56,104 nucleotides of DNA from Octopus bimaculoides (taxonomy: Eukaryota). Positions 13,819 through 25,593 of this stretch are shown here, one piece after another; position 1 is the stretch's first letter; each line of letters starts with the position of its first letter. The notes beneath the pieces were generated by a model. The model had not been told where the DNA came from. It worked only from the letters and a program-made list of their open reading frames with translations, and ran no database searches. A program made the translations under genes and the position numbers. Where the stretch lies: NCBI RefSeq assembly GCF_001194135.2, contig NC_068992.1:19330422-19386525 (forward strand), read 5' to 3'.

Positions 13819-16029
13819 CTGTGAATGTAGATTGGGCTGCACTGGATTCTTCCAGGACGTTTTAGGTTGGATACACTCTGTGAATATATTCTAACTAAAT
13901 GTGAGCAAATTATATCATTAGGCACTACATAATGAAATACTTAGGGTCATCTTGAAATTTAGAATCAAAAATTGGTTGAAGAATCTTAACTAAATACTTT
14001 ATGCTAAGTATTAATTTATAAGCTTTCCAAGTGTGTATATTAAGATTTAAGCTAAATGTTATTAGATACTATAAACACCAATTTCAGAGACAGACGGGAA
14101 ACATGCAATAGAAATATACTGTGTTTCTGAATGTGGGATTGTAATGTCCGATTTTAAATATTCCGTGAAGTTTACCCATTCGGTGTACACTTGGAAATAT
14201 TTTTTCCCTAGTCTACATAAACGGAAGATAAGTACTGGTTTTAGGAACATATAATTTTCTAGACACTGTTTTAGTAATTGTTTTATAAATAATTTAGTTC
14301 CATAGATATGGTCACTTTTGTTTTAGATTTATATTCTATAGACTCTACCCCTGAATCTTTAGCGACTACAAGTATCATAATAGGTTTGCCACAAATGAAT
14401 TCCATCCGAGTGGCTAATATCGTAGTTATGATTTTAATTAGTTGGCTCGTATATTGTTCAATTATCGATTGTTTAGATATCGATTTCTTTATGATTACTT
14501 AAAGTTATGGACGATTTAATTATTTTGTACGATGAAATATTTAATCACTTGATCTAAGCTTCATTTCCTTGTTTCACTAATGTGTGTAATTACTTTTGTC
14601 TATAAAATAATACTGTTGTTCTATTATTTCCTCCACATAGTCGATTTTTATTTTTTCTTATTTTTCTTGTTATATTCCATAGATTTATAATTATACTAAT
14701 GAATTAGGTGATTTATCGCCGGTACTATGTTGTTTTAATGTTTTCTTTTCTGCCCGTTGTTCAAGATTTATTTCTTATTTAGGCATAAACATTCAAACAT
14801 ACAAGAGAAAAACATTGAGTTAATGACGTTCATGCGTTTCCATAAATTCAAATATTTCCCACAAAACAGTGATACAAATAAAACTTCCTAACATAATTGG
14901 TAATTATACAGATGAAGTTTTATACTTCGGTGATTTGCAAATGCATAATTATCATTTTTTATTTCTATTTTCATTTAAATTTCAACAATAAAGCTTACGC
15001 TGATTTATCACTCAGATGAATAAATGAAAGCGAGGGTGCTTGTTAACTATGGTTGACTGCACAGTATGAGAAACACCAGTAAATTTAAATGGCTTAAAAC
15101 AGGGAACTGAAATCTTCCTAATTCAATGTAGAGAACCGTTTCAGGCAAACACATGCTGTAGTTTCAGCCCTAGTCGAAATGTATCTACTCCCTTTACGCA
15201 GTTGTAAGTTATAAGCTTATAACCAAACATGAACGTCACATGATAAAACTAATTTCCCAATTATATTGCGGTATTTTGCTGTAGAAGTAGAATTAATGAT
15301 AAACAATTTAAATATCTCTTACTCATCTCATTTAATAATGAATATCAATGATCACCAGTGCAAGGAATCTCTGATATTGAAGCATAACTGGCTCGAGCCT
15401 CTAATAAAACAAGAATTACATTAAGCATAGTTATTCGATTTAGAACAGTCTACATTTAGGAATATAAACGATAAAGATCGAAACGTGATACACGTTAAGC
15501 AAGAGGCTTTGTAAAATCGGGTATGAAAGTGTGACGAGTGAGCCTACATATGAATGGGGACGAACGAGGTTACGCATAGCTTATATAAAATAAGCTAAAC
15601 TTCGAGAAAATGTTGATAGTTTCTTAACATTCTCAGATTTATTATTATTTATTTCTATACCATACGACCTGTCGGGCAGGACAGAATGTGCCCACTGAAC
15701 AAATGTAAAAGCAGTCAGATAAGATTATCACAATTTTCTAAGAGATTATCTTCAGATAAACGAGTATTATTTCTTACACATGTTAGTTATACATTTTCCG
15801 ATAAAACTAGACAGTAGATCGATAAGAAGTTCATTGCTTCTTTTTTTTGTGGGGGGTATACACGTGTGTATGTGTGTGTGTGTGCATGCGTGTGTGTGTG
15901 CATGCGTGTGTGTCTGGGCGTGTGTACGCGGCGATTTAACTGAAAGAAATGTAAATATCATGATTAAACCACCAACGCACAAATTAAAAGACATTGGTTT
16001 GAAAATTTGGCAGATGCTCAGAAATCTTG

Positions 16030-16205
16030 GGGGAGATGTGTATGTCCATTACATCGACCTCAGTGTTAAACCAGTACTCATTTTATCGACACCGTAGGAC
16101 GAAAGGGAAAGTCGACCTTGTCGGAAGTGTAACTGAGGACGAAAAGACGAACGAAATGCCGCTAAGGATTTTGCCTTGTGTGCTAAGAACTGTACCAGCT
16201 GACCG
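16030..16205 (-). mobile_element. SINE family B copy
   Basis: Reverse complement of the family B head and body (ATTACATCGACCTCAGTG..CCAGTACTCATTTTATCGAC..GAAAG.GAAAGTCGACCTTG.CGGAA..GAAATGCCGCTAAG..TACCAGCTGACCG). Confidence 0.7.
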
Positions 16206-16511
16206 TTTTCCTGAGTTATGAGATATTGTCCACTATAGTGGTGACAGCTAGACATTGGACAGGTCAGCACCTAATTTTGGAGTACTTATAACATGCTTAT
16301 TTTACAACAAGTCAGGGAATATTCTTGAAAAGAAAGATGCGATAAGAGTAGTTAATTTATTGTGTAGTTGTAAACAACGGGAAATACTTTATTTGATGTG
16401 TCGCTATTCCTATAATACAGATTATTGAAAACAAAAAAAGAGATAAAGTAGTTACAAGTTTCAGGCACATAAATATATTCTCTTAAGTGCGCGTGTGTGT
16501 TCATGTATGTA

Positions 16512-16606
<95 letters not shown>

Positions 16607-16618
16607 TTATCTATCTAT
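16512..16618. repeat. (TATC)n microsatellite
   Basis: Direct tandem tetranucleotide running into a gap. Confidence 0.95.
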
Positions 16619-17494
16619 TNNNNNNNNNNNNNNNNNNNNNNNNNNNNNNNNNNNNNNNNNNNNNNNNNNNNNNNNNNNNNNNNNNNNNNNNNNNNNNNNN
16701 NNNNNNNNNNNNNNNNNNNNNNNNNNNNNNNNNNNNNNNNNNNNNNNNNNNNNNNNNNNNNNNNNNNNNNNNNNNNNNNNNNNNNNNNNNNNNNNNNNNN
16801 NNNNNNNNNNNNNNNNNNNNNNNNNNNNNNNNNNNNNNNNNNNNNNNNNNNNNNNNNNNNNNNNNNNNNNNNNNNNNNNNNNNNNNNNNNNNNNNNNNNN
16901 NNNNNNNNNNNNNNNNNNNNNNNNNNNNNNNNNNNNNNNNNNNNNNNNNNNNNNNNNNNNNNNNNNNNNNNNNNNNNNNNNNNNNNNNNNNNNNNNNNNN
17001 NNNNNNNNNNNNNNNNNNNNNNNNNNNNNNNNNNNNNNNNNNNNNNNNNNNNNNNNNNNNNNNNNNNNNNNNNNNNNNNNNNNNNNNNNNNNNNNNNNNN
17101 NNNNNNNNNNNNNNNNNNNNNNNNNNNNNNNNNNNNNNNNNNNNNNNNNNNNNNNNNNNNNNNNNNNNNNNNNNNNNNNNNNNNNNNNNNNNNNNNNNNN
17201 NNNNNNNNNNNNNNNNNNNNNNNNNNNNNNNNNNNNNNNNNNNNNNNNNNNNNNNNNNNNNNNNNNNNNNNNNNNNNNNNNNNNNNNNNNNNNNNNNNNN
17301 NNNNNNNNNNNNNNNNNNNNNNNNNNNNNNNNNNNNNNNNNNNNNNNNNNNNNNNNNNNNNNNNNNNNNNNNNNNNNNNNNNNNNNNNNNNNNNNNNNNN
17401 NNNNNNNNNNNNNNNNNNNNNNNNNNNNNNNNNNNNNNNNNNNNNNNNNNNNNATATGTGTGTGTGTGTGTGTATGTATGTGCGCGCGTATCTT

Positions 17495-17710
17495 TGCTTG
17501 TCTGTGTTTGTCCCGCCAACTTTGCTTGACAACCGATGTTGGTGTGTTTAGTTTCCCGTAACTTAGCAGTTCGGCAAAAGAGACCGATAGAATAAGTACT
17601 AGGCTTACAAAGAATAAATCCTGGGGTCGATTTGCTCGACTAAAGGCGGTGCTCCAGCATGGTCACAGTCAAATGGCTGAAACAATTAAAAGAGTAAAGA
17701 GTAAAAGAGT
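17495..17710 (+). mobile_element. SINE family A, 3' body with (AGAGTAA)-type tail
   Basis: High similarity to 1418-1625; ends CAGTCAAATGGCTGAAACAATTAAAAGAGTAAAGAGTAAAAGAGT. Confidence 0.85.
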
Positions 17711-18929
17711 ATATATATATATATATACGTATACGAATGTCGTAAACTTAAAAGGGGTCCTGAGCCGATATGTTCGGCTAAGCATTTCAATGATCGGAGA
17801 CGCTAGCATGCTTGTCATTTAAGCCGCATGTTTCGTAGTCACGTTCCTCCGAAGTTTTCCTGTCTACTTAGAACATTGATCACGTATCTTCTCTATATCT
17901 TCGTTTGTTATTTGAATTTCTTCATCCATTTGTGTATGTGTGAGTTTATATATCTATACATTTATCTCTGTCCACTCACATATATGTGCAAACATATAGA
18001 AACGATGTTGTCGTATGCATGAAGTGTGTGTATTGCTAACGGCGTTTTTGGTTGAGGTATTTCGCCCAGGGAAAGTCCTTTCAAAGATGTTGTGTGTTGT
18101 GAAACACAGTATAATTTAAGGCCTAGTGAAACTACTCGCTCCTTAGCTGAACGAGTTGTCAACAAATATCGACATTTCACTGTTACTTCAACTCATCGGT
18201 GTCATATAATCGAATTGGTCTAGAGTTTAATTTAAATCGCTGTCCCGAAGTATATGCACAAATGTCACACAAGTAAAACAAAATTTACATTGATAATGTA
18301 AACTATATCAATGTAACATAATTATTGTATGTATGCTATTAATTAGCTTTTAGCTGCGCTATTTTGTACAGAAGCACATGCACACGTGCAGAAACACACA
18401 CACACACGTGTGCACGTACAAATGCATCAATGTGTGTTATACGATAATTCTTAGATTCCACTGGAGATTTCTTGTGAGTCCGATTTCCAGGCCGGAGCGC
18501 TATAGGCATGTCTATCATAAGCATTTATACGAACTGTATTCTATAATTTTCGAGTTGAAAAACATTCAGCATTCATTATTCTTAACATAGTTCATTATTT
18601 AGCAATGCTAGCCATAGATATATGCAAAATATTACTTTATGTGTGTGTTGTGCGCTTAGACATAGACACGCGCGTTTAATACATTTTATCGCGAGGGTAA
18701 GGACATTTGAATTAGGATGTAAATGCAGTCGCCGTTCGGCTTGGATTTGCGTAGGTTGAAGCAAATAGGAAATGTATTGGCTAGGAAGGAATTCCATTAG
18801 ACAGAAGTAGTTCAATGAATAAAATTTCTCAAGAATTGTTTACCATGACCTGTGTAGAAGGTTATTTCTGTGTTCCCGGGTTCAGAATGTCATTAACCAT
18901 GCTAGTTGGACCATAACTAGGACCCTTAC

Positions 18930-19217
18930 AGGTGTTACCTCCCCGAGTCGGAGTAGACCTGGGAATATTAACGGCTAAGAGGTGCATCCAAACTCCAAAA
19001 CCAGATGTCCACAACCGTATACAGTTTAAAGTCATACCCATCCATACATACAACCCATGTTTGTCATGACCAAACTTTGTTAATGTCACAGTGTAATTTA
19101 AAGAAATATGGGCCTGTGTAATGTTACGGCTTTCAACGAAATTTAGTTGAAGTTGTACAAAGTATGTTCCCTCTAAGATATATATGTGTCCCTTATCACT
19201 AAACAAATACATGTGCC
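18930..19217 (-). CDS. candidate phase 1-1 exon within 116-aa ORF (GHMYLFSDKGHIYILEGTYFVQLQLNFVESRNITQAHISLNYTVTLTKFGHDKHGLYVWMG...)
   Basis: Among the longest non-repetitive ORFs in the window; attttgcttag| acceptor at 19218; in-phase donors |gtatga (exon end 19038) or |gtaagg (exon end 18930). Two N-X-T sequons suggest an extracellular domain (inference). Confidence 0.4.
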
Positions 19218-20012
19218 CTAAGCAAAATATCCCATGCCAGAATTTAATAGTATAAATAGCACGTGAACCAGTGACGTTTATGTTTGTAGGCTATCATTTA
19301 AGAGACGTGATGTTTTAGATATTGAATTATAGTATATTTGTGAACATAATTAAAACATTTAATGTTTGAAAATATATTCCACAATTAACTTACAGAAGAT
19401 AAAAATATTTTTCTTGAGTCTGATTAATTTTGTTAATGGGATAAAAGAAGAGACAGAACGTCTAGGCCTTGCTTAAAAAAATAATGATAATAACAAAAAG
19501 CAAAACTTAAACTATGTGGTTGAAAACAGTGCTGGGGATACCTAACATTGCGATTATTTATATTGTTTCAATTAACAATGTTTTTCTTCGGGTTATTTTC
19601 ATATTAGTTTTATAATTAATAGCTATTTCAGAAAATATCATTAAATACTGGGATTAGGAACAAAGCCCAGAAAATTGTGTTAAATATATGGACGTATCAA
19701 TCTTCATATATGTATGGGTATATGTATGTACATGCGTATATGTGTATATATATGTATATATATATATATATATATATGCGTGTGTGTGTGTGTGTGTTTG
19801 TATGTGTGTATGTTGATGTGCGCGTATGCATGTGGATGTGTGTATACATGCGCCCACACGTACATATTGTTGACGGGCAACCGTCCGCTTTTATATATAA
19901 GGAAATTTTAATTCTAATATTCACGCACTATTATTTATAGCCTTGTTTTCTTCGAGATCCATTGTTCTAAAATGTTATACATAATGTTTTAACGATGTAT
20001 ATATGTGATGTG

Positions 20013-20135
20013 CGATGGTACTGGGATTCGAACCCACGTCTACATTCATAGACCAGAATACTCAATGTTTTGGTTAAAATACGTACCACCTATGCACCTT
20101 GAGTCTGGCGCCTTAGACTACTCGGCCATCCTTAA
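20013..20135 (-). tRNA. tRNA-Leu-CAA: intron-containing tRNA-Leu(CAA), probably a pseudogene (acceptor stem disrupted)
   Basis: Minus strand GGATGGCCGAGTAGTCTAAGGCGCCAGACTCAAG-[39-nt intron, 20097-20059]-TTCTGGTCTATGAATGTAGACGTGGGTTCGAATCCCAG follows the eukaryotic Leu-CAA pattern. Anticodon stem CCAGA/TCTGG and variable arm are intact, but the termini TTAAGGA/TACCATC pair at only 2 of 7 positions. Confidence 0.85.
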
Positions 20136-20475
20136 TAAATGAACTAGAAGACCACATTCAGTGACGGGCTCAATACATTTAAAATGTAGAGTTTAAGACT
20201 TATTACCTTGAATTTCTATCTTGCAGCTTAGCAACTCTTGTAGTAACTGAAACAAGTTAAATAAAAGAAAAGAAAATTACAGTAATTCCTCCACTATTGC
20301 TAGTGTTACGTTTCAAACACAGCCACGATAGGTGAAGATCTGCGAAGTAGAAACTCTACTGTACTGTATATTTGTTTTATTATTTTTATAATTTGTATAT
20401 ATTTATTTTATTATAAATGCAAAACAACACCACGGAGGAATCGACGTAAGCTTAAATAATAAGACGCGATAGGCG

Positions 20476-20602
<127 letters not shown>

Positions 20603-20619
20603 ATATCAATACTTTTCAT

Positions 20620-20730
20620 GTTCGGTAATAATCGTTTCAAATTTGGCACAAGGCCACCAGGTGGAAGATGTGTAAGTCGAAAATCTCGACTCAATTACTC
20701 AATTACTCAATTGCTACTTATTTTATCGAC
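20620..20730 (-). mobile_element. SINE family B 3' fragment
   Basis: TAATAATCGTTTCAAATTTGGCACAAGGCCA..TAAGTCGA..CTACTTATTTTATCGACCC matches the reverse-complemented family B tail. Confidence 0.6.
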
Positions 20731-20734
20731 CCTG

Positions 20735-21107
20735 CAATCCCTTGGTGGCTCACGATATGTGCATCGCTAATCATGAGCAGAAGTAGTGGTGGAGCATCAT
20801 AGCCATGTGTTGAGAGGAATTCTTTGGGGCTTGAATAATTCACCTTTGGAAACATGGGTGCTTTGCTCAACATCCTTAAACAAACCTTATTCAGGGACAT
20901 TTTGAGCGGCATGGGCTATTCGATCTGAAGAAAAATCTACCTGAGCCCCACCTGCGCGGTCATGCGCTGTTTATCTTGTTATGAGGTCACCATGTCGCGC
21001 ACATATGGTTGTGTTGCATGTGCCTGGTGTACCCTTATCAGACGGGTAGTCATGATGGCTATACTGGGCTTCGTATATTTTACCCCAGTGTTACTGCTCT
21101 CTCACCC

Positions 21108-21110
<3 letters not shown>
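20735..21110. repeat. GC-richer probable interspersed repeat abutting (AAT)n
   Basis: Composition contrasts with the flanks, it truncates the adjacent SINE fragment and ends at an (AAT)n tract. I recall it as a dispersed octopus repeat, but there is no second copy here. Confidence 0.45.
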
Positions 21111-21159
<49 letters not shown>

Positions 21160-21178
21160 TTAATAATAATAATAATAA
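21107..21178. repeat. (AAT)n microsatellite
   Basis: Direct triplet tract. Confidence 0.95.
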
Positions 21179-21879
21179 ACTATTGTACATTAATCTGAAG
21201 GGATACACCGTACACTTTTCAGAGCATAAATTCTTTATCAAGAATGAGATTTGCAGTGATTATAATTTTTACACCAGTCAAACTATCATCGGACTGCGAT
21301 GCATTAAGTTAATCTTGGCTTTATATAATCTCTGTTGAGATATTTTTCCTGGGATTTGTGGGATTCAGTTGAATGGTAATTACGTTGTAGCGTGGGTCGT
21401 GACGGAGAAGAGGAGAAGTTTTTATTGACCATAAATTTAATCAGAAAAAATTTCTCCATCTTCCAACCAGAAATCATCTTAGAACCCCGAGAAAATATTT
21501 CAACAGAGATTTAACAAATCCAACATTAGCTTAATGCACCACAGTCCGATGATGGCTTAAGAATNNNNNNNNNNNNNNNNNNNNNNNNNNNNNNNNNNNN
21601 NNNNNNNNNNNNNNNNNNNNNNNNNNNNNNNNNNNNNNNNNNTATATATATATATATTTATATATATATGTATAAATCTACTACACATAATATGGCGATT
21701 AAGACTTTTAAAGTTAGACATATTCTGAAAAAGTTGCTTACACCTACACGACTACTCGCTAGAACACTTTGTGCATCATAATTAGAAAACACTTGTACAT
21801 AATCACCATAACCATCACCACCACCACCACCACCACTATCATCATCGCATGCATATGCGCTTTCAGTTGTCGTCTATCA

Positions 21880-21960
<81 letters not shown>

Positions 21961-22005
21961 AAGAAGATAATGAAGAAGATGAAGAAGAAGAAGAAAGAAA
22001 ATAAC
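21880..22005. repeat. (AAT)n-(AAG)n compound microsatellite
   Basis: Direct triplet tracts in the same register. Confidence 0.95.
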
Positions 22006-22912
22006 TAAATAAGAATAACAGCAACAAAAATAAATCTGTCAGCATTATCATCCTCTTCACCACCGCCATTGACATCATAGTCATTATCGTATTGTTAACC
22101 ACCTTGGAGAAATATATTGGAAATAATAACACCTGCTCTTTTCTACCCGAGATGGAATATTGATTTTATGACATTTAAGCTTCTACTCGTAATAAAGAAC
22201 ACAGAGAGAACAACAACAGCAGCAGCAGCAGCAGCAACAACAACAACAATAACAACAAACACGGAAATAAACATTAGCAGAAACAAGAAAACGACATTAA
22301 ATATTGTAGACAAAAGTTAATCAAAATTTGCAGAATATACTAAATATCTGCTTCTTTTGTCTGATGAATATGTTACTTGTCGGATTTTGCACAAATTTAT
22401 TTACAATTTTTCATTTAAGTACATCCTATATTTTAAAATCAATGTATAATTCCTGTAACAAATGATTCTATCTGCTCTTGGGAAATCAGAGAATATTCGT
22501 AGAAATTCTATGTTTACGTGAATTTGTGTCTATATGGTAGAGTATATGAAGAGACGTAACATCAGTGTATGAGACATGAAATGAAAAACAGATCCGCAAT
22601 CACACGTCTGAAAATACCATCAGATTTCTACAACTGAGAAAACAGAAAACTAAACTAAACATGATGATCGTCAGAAACCAAACTCCAATAACTGCACGGC
22701 AGAAAAGCTGATTGTTGTTGTTGTTGTTATTGTTGCTGTTATATATATTATCACCAAGAAACTCATTCTGCGACCAGATGGTTTTGCGTTTAAACCGTTC
22801 AAACCCCCACGCCATAGTTTGGTAGCTTGGGCCAATGTCATCTGTACACACACACAAACAGAATGAAAATGCACACACTAACACATACATTTAAACACAT
22901 TCATGAACGCAT

Positions 22913-22949
<37 letters not shown>

Positions 22950-23469
22950 NNNNNNNNNNNNNNNNNNNNNNNNNNNNNNNNNNNNNNNNNNNNNNNNNNN
23001 NNNNNNNNNNNNNNNNNNNNNNNNNNNNNNNNNNNNNNNNNNNNNNNNNNNNNNNNNNNNNNNNNNNNNNNNNNNNNNNNNNNNNNNNNNNNNNNNNNNN
23101 NNNNNNNNNNNNNNNNNNNNNNNNNNNNNNNNNNNNNNNNNNNNNNNNNNNNNNNNNNNNNNNNNNNNNNNNNNNNNNNNNNNNNNNNNNNNNNNNNNNN
23201 NNNNNNNNNNNNNNNNNNNNNNNNNNNNNNNNNNNNNNNNNNNNNNNNNNNNNNNNNNNNNNNNNNNNNNNNNNNNNNNNATATATATATATATATATAT
23301 AAATAAATATATATGTATGTATGCATATATGTATATATATAAACGTAGGCTCGAAACGTAAAAGACTTTCGCATTTTTCCCGATCGTCAAACTAATATAC
23401 TTGATTGTTGTTCGTACACCTATCTTCGTCTTTACTTTTCTATAAAATTGAACTATATACATATTTAGT

Positions 23470-23852
23470 CTTCGGCCATACAAGGGAATCACCATGAACA
23501 ATTTTAGTCGAATGAATCGATCCGAATACATATATTTTGAAAGACTGGTACTGATTGTATGGGTCAATTTGACCAAGCTGCTATGTTTGGAGGACGTAAA
23601 CACACCGACAAAAGTTCTCAAAGAGTAGTGGGGGACAAACACAGACATAAATACACATACACACAAACACATACGTAGATACACATACACACGCATGCAT
23701 ATGCGCTTTCAGTTGTCGTCTATCAAATCCACTTCTATGACTTTACTCGGCTCGAGACTACAGTAGAAGGCCCTTGCCCCAGGTGCCATGCAGTAGGACT
23801 AAATCCGGAAAAAAATGTGCTTGGGAAGCAAACCACTTACTACAGAGCTAAG
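23470..23852 (-). mobile_element. SINE family A, diverged near full-length copy (tRNA-like head, internal CA/TA tract, 3' body)
   Basis: Minus strand: head GCTCTGTAGTAAGTGGTTTGCTTCCCAAGCAC..CCGGATTTAGTCCTACTGCATGGCACCTGGGGCAAG, then GGATTTGATAGACGACAACTGAAAG, a microsatellite, then GTCTGTGTTTGTCCCCC.. as in 17495. Confidence 0.7.
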
Positions 23853-23987
23853 TTGGATGTGACAAGCTCGTTAAATACTTTGAAACACTGTAGGCCCAGA
23901 ACTTCGTTGTTTTATTTGCATCTTATTTACAGTGCATTTGGGCCTTGCATTTCATCCTTTCGGGACCGATAAAATAAATATTACTTG

Positions 23988-24000
23988 AATAATAATAATG

Positions 24001-24059
<59 letters not shown>

Positions 24060-24082
24060 TATTATTATTATTATTATTATTA

Positions 24083-24149
<67 letters not shown>
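23988..24149. repeat. (AAT)n immediately followed by (ATT)n, a self-complementary microsatellite palindrome
   Basis: Unit switches at AA|TT (24058/24059); arms of about 70 and 90 nt with no spacer. Confidence 0.95.
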
Positions 24150-24636
24150 CATCATCTCACCCGTTGAACATCATGATACTGTTACTGTTGGAGTGCGACA
24201 GTAGAGATGATTAAATGGATTTCATTCTGCGTCTTTACTAAGTAAATGAAAAGCTTTCCAACTTAGCTTTGGTTTGTTTTCAATTTGTTTTGCTGATCGA
24301 TTATTGAATAGAGAGACAATTTCGGTAGTTATGTTACTGAAACCTTCTACGTTTTCATACCCCCTGACTTAGGGAAATCCCATCCAGTTATTGACCAGAA
24401 TATCAATATCACTTTCTTCTCAGTTCCATTGATTATTAAGCATGGCAGTTACTCATGTAGACATGTACATGTTGTGTACTATTTATTCATGGAATGACAA
24501 TATCATTCTTCTAGTTATTTATATATTTCTATTTTATTCTTCAACATTCACGAGGTTTTCTTTGTGATGTCTGTATGTGCGTCCGTGTGTAGGTCTGTGT
24601 ATGTGTGTGGTATGTGTGTGTGTGGATGTGTTTTAT

Positions 24637-24676
<40 letters not shown>

Positions 24677-24879
24677 TGTGTGTGTGTGTGTGTGTGTGTG
24701 TGTATTTGGTGCGATACAATTCAGCTTCGAAGGCTCAGGTGTTTCAGTTGATTGTGAAAAAGTAAATGTGAACTAATATTTGTGATTGAAAATTTAATGT
24801 TTGCGAGTCTGTGGGGCTATACTGTGCGGATGTTCGCCTGGAAACCGTGTGAGCTGGAGATCGATCCTAGTGAATGTCA

Positions 24880-25295
24880 ACTTGAGTAAGTATCTTCTAT
24901 GGGCCCTAATTCAATTAATGCTTTGCAATAGATTTTTTTTAGAGAAAAAGCGTCCCCATAACTGTGCCTCGAATTTGGGCGTATTTTTTCCGTTGAAAAA
25001 TATGTATTGTTTTCTAGGATGAGTCTGACTGTGTCTAGTATGAAGGTTGCAGCAAATCTATTAGGGATTCTTCTATGTTTCTCGACTCAAAAGTTTATGG
25101 CAGTAATTCCCAAATCATATGGAATGTTCGAATATACGTTTATTACGTCAAAACTAACTTACAATGAATTTCATTTTGTTGTTTTGGGCCGATGTAACAG
25201 GAAATCGATGTCATCCCGAATGAAACTGGGTAGTGGTTTTCGGATAATTTCAATGAAGCTGCTCAGGTAATGTGTAAGAGGATGTGTCAAGAACT
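24880..25295 (-). mobile_element. Penelope-like element reverse transcriptase relic (stops and frameshift)
   Basis: Minus translation LSSFIEIIRKPLPSFIRDDIDFLLHRPKTTK*NSL*VSFDVINVYSNIPYDLGITAINF*VEKHRRIPNRFAATFILDTVRLILENNTYF, then after a frameshift KYAQIRGTVMGT. Matches PLE RT motifs (S-F/Y-I-K/R-D, LVSFDVxxLYTNIP, ILENNxFxFxGxxYxQxxGxAMG). Confidence 0.85.
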
Positions 25296-25506
25296 CAACT
25301 GTCAGTTAAATGCATTTTGAAATCTGATGATCGATTCGAACGTATGCAAGCGCTAATTGAACTTCATGAACATTAACAAAATATTTATTTAATGTTAAAA
25401 TACCATAATAAAAAAGAGGAAAATTAGACACTATTTTAATTTTATTCAACTGATACACACGCATACACACAAAGAGAAACACATACATATGTGTATATAT
25501 ACATAC

Positions 25507-25593
<87 letters not shown>

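Noticed and set aside
17780-17930. MDEEIQITNEDIEKIRD as a possible LINE RT fragment
   Set aside because: No downstream GPDG or RT motifs in any frame I could read.
21030-21100. Twister-like words UAACACUG...AAGCCC on the minus strand
   Set aside because: The P2 partner strand and T1 pseudoknot (UCCC/GGG) cannot be found in the required order.
25007-25270. Plus-strand 87-aa ORF with a signal-peptide-like start and apparent splice sites
   Set aside because: It is the antisense shadow of the Penelope RT relic, whose motifs are clear on the minus strand.
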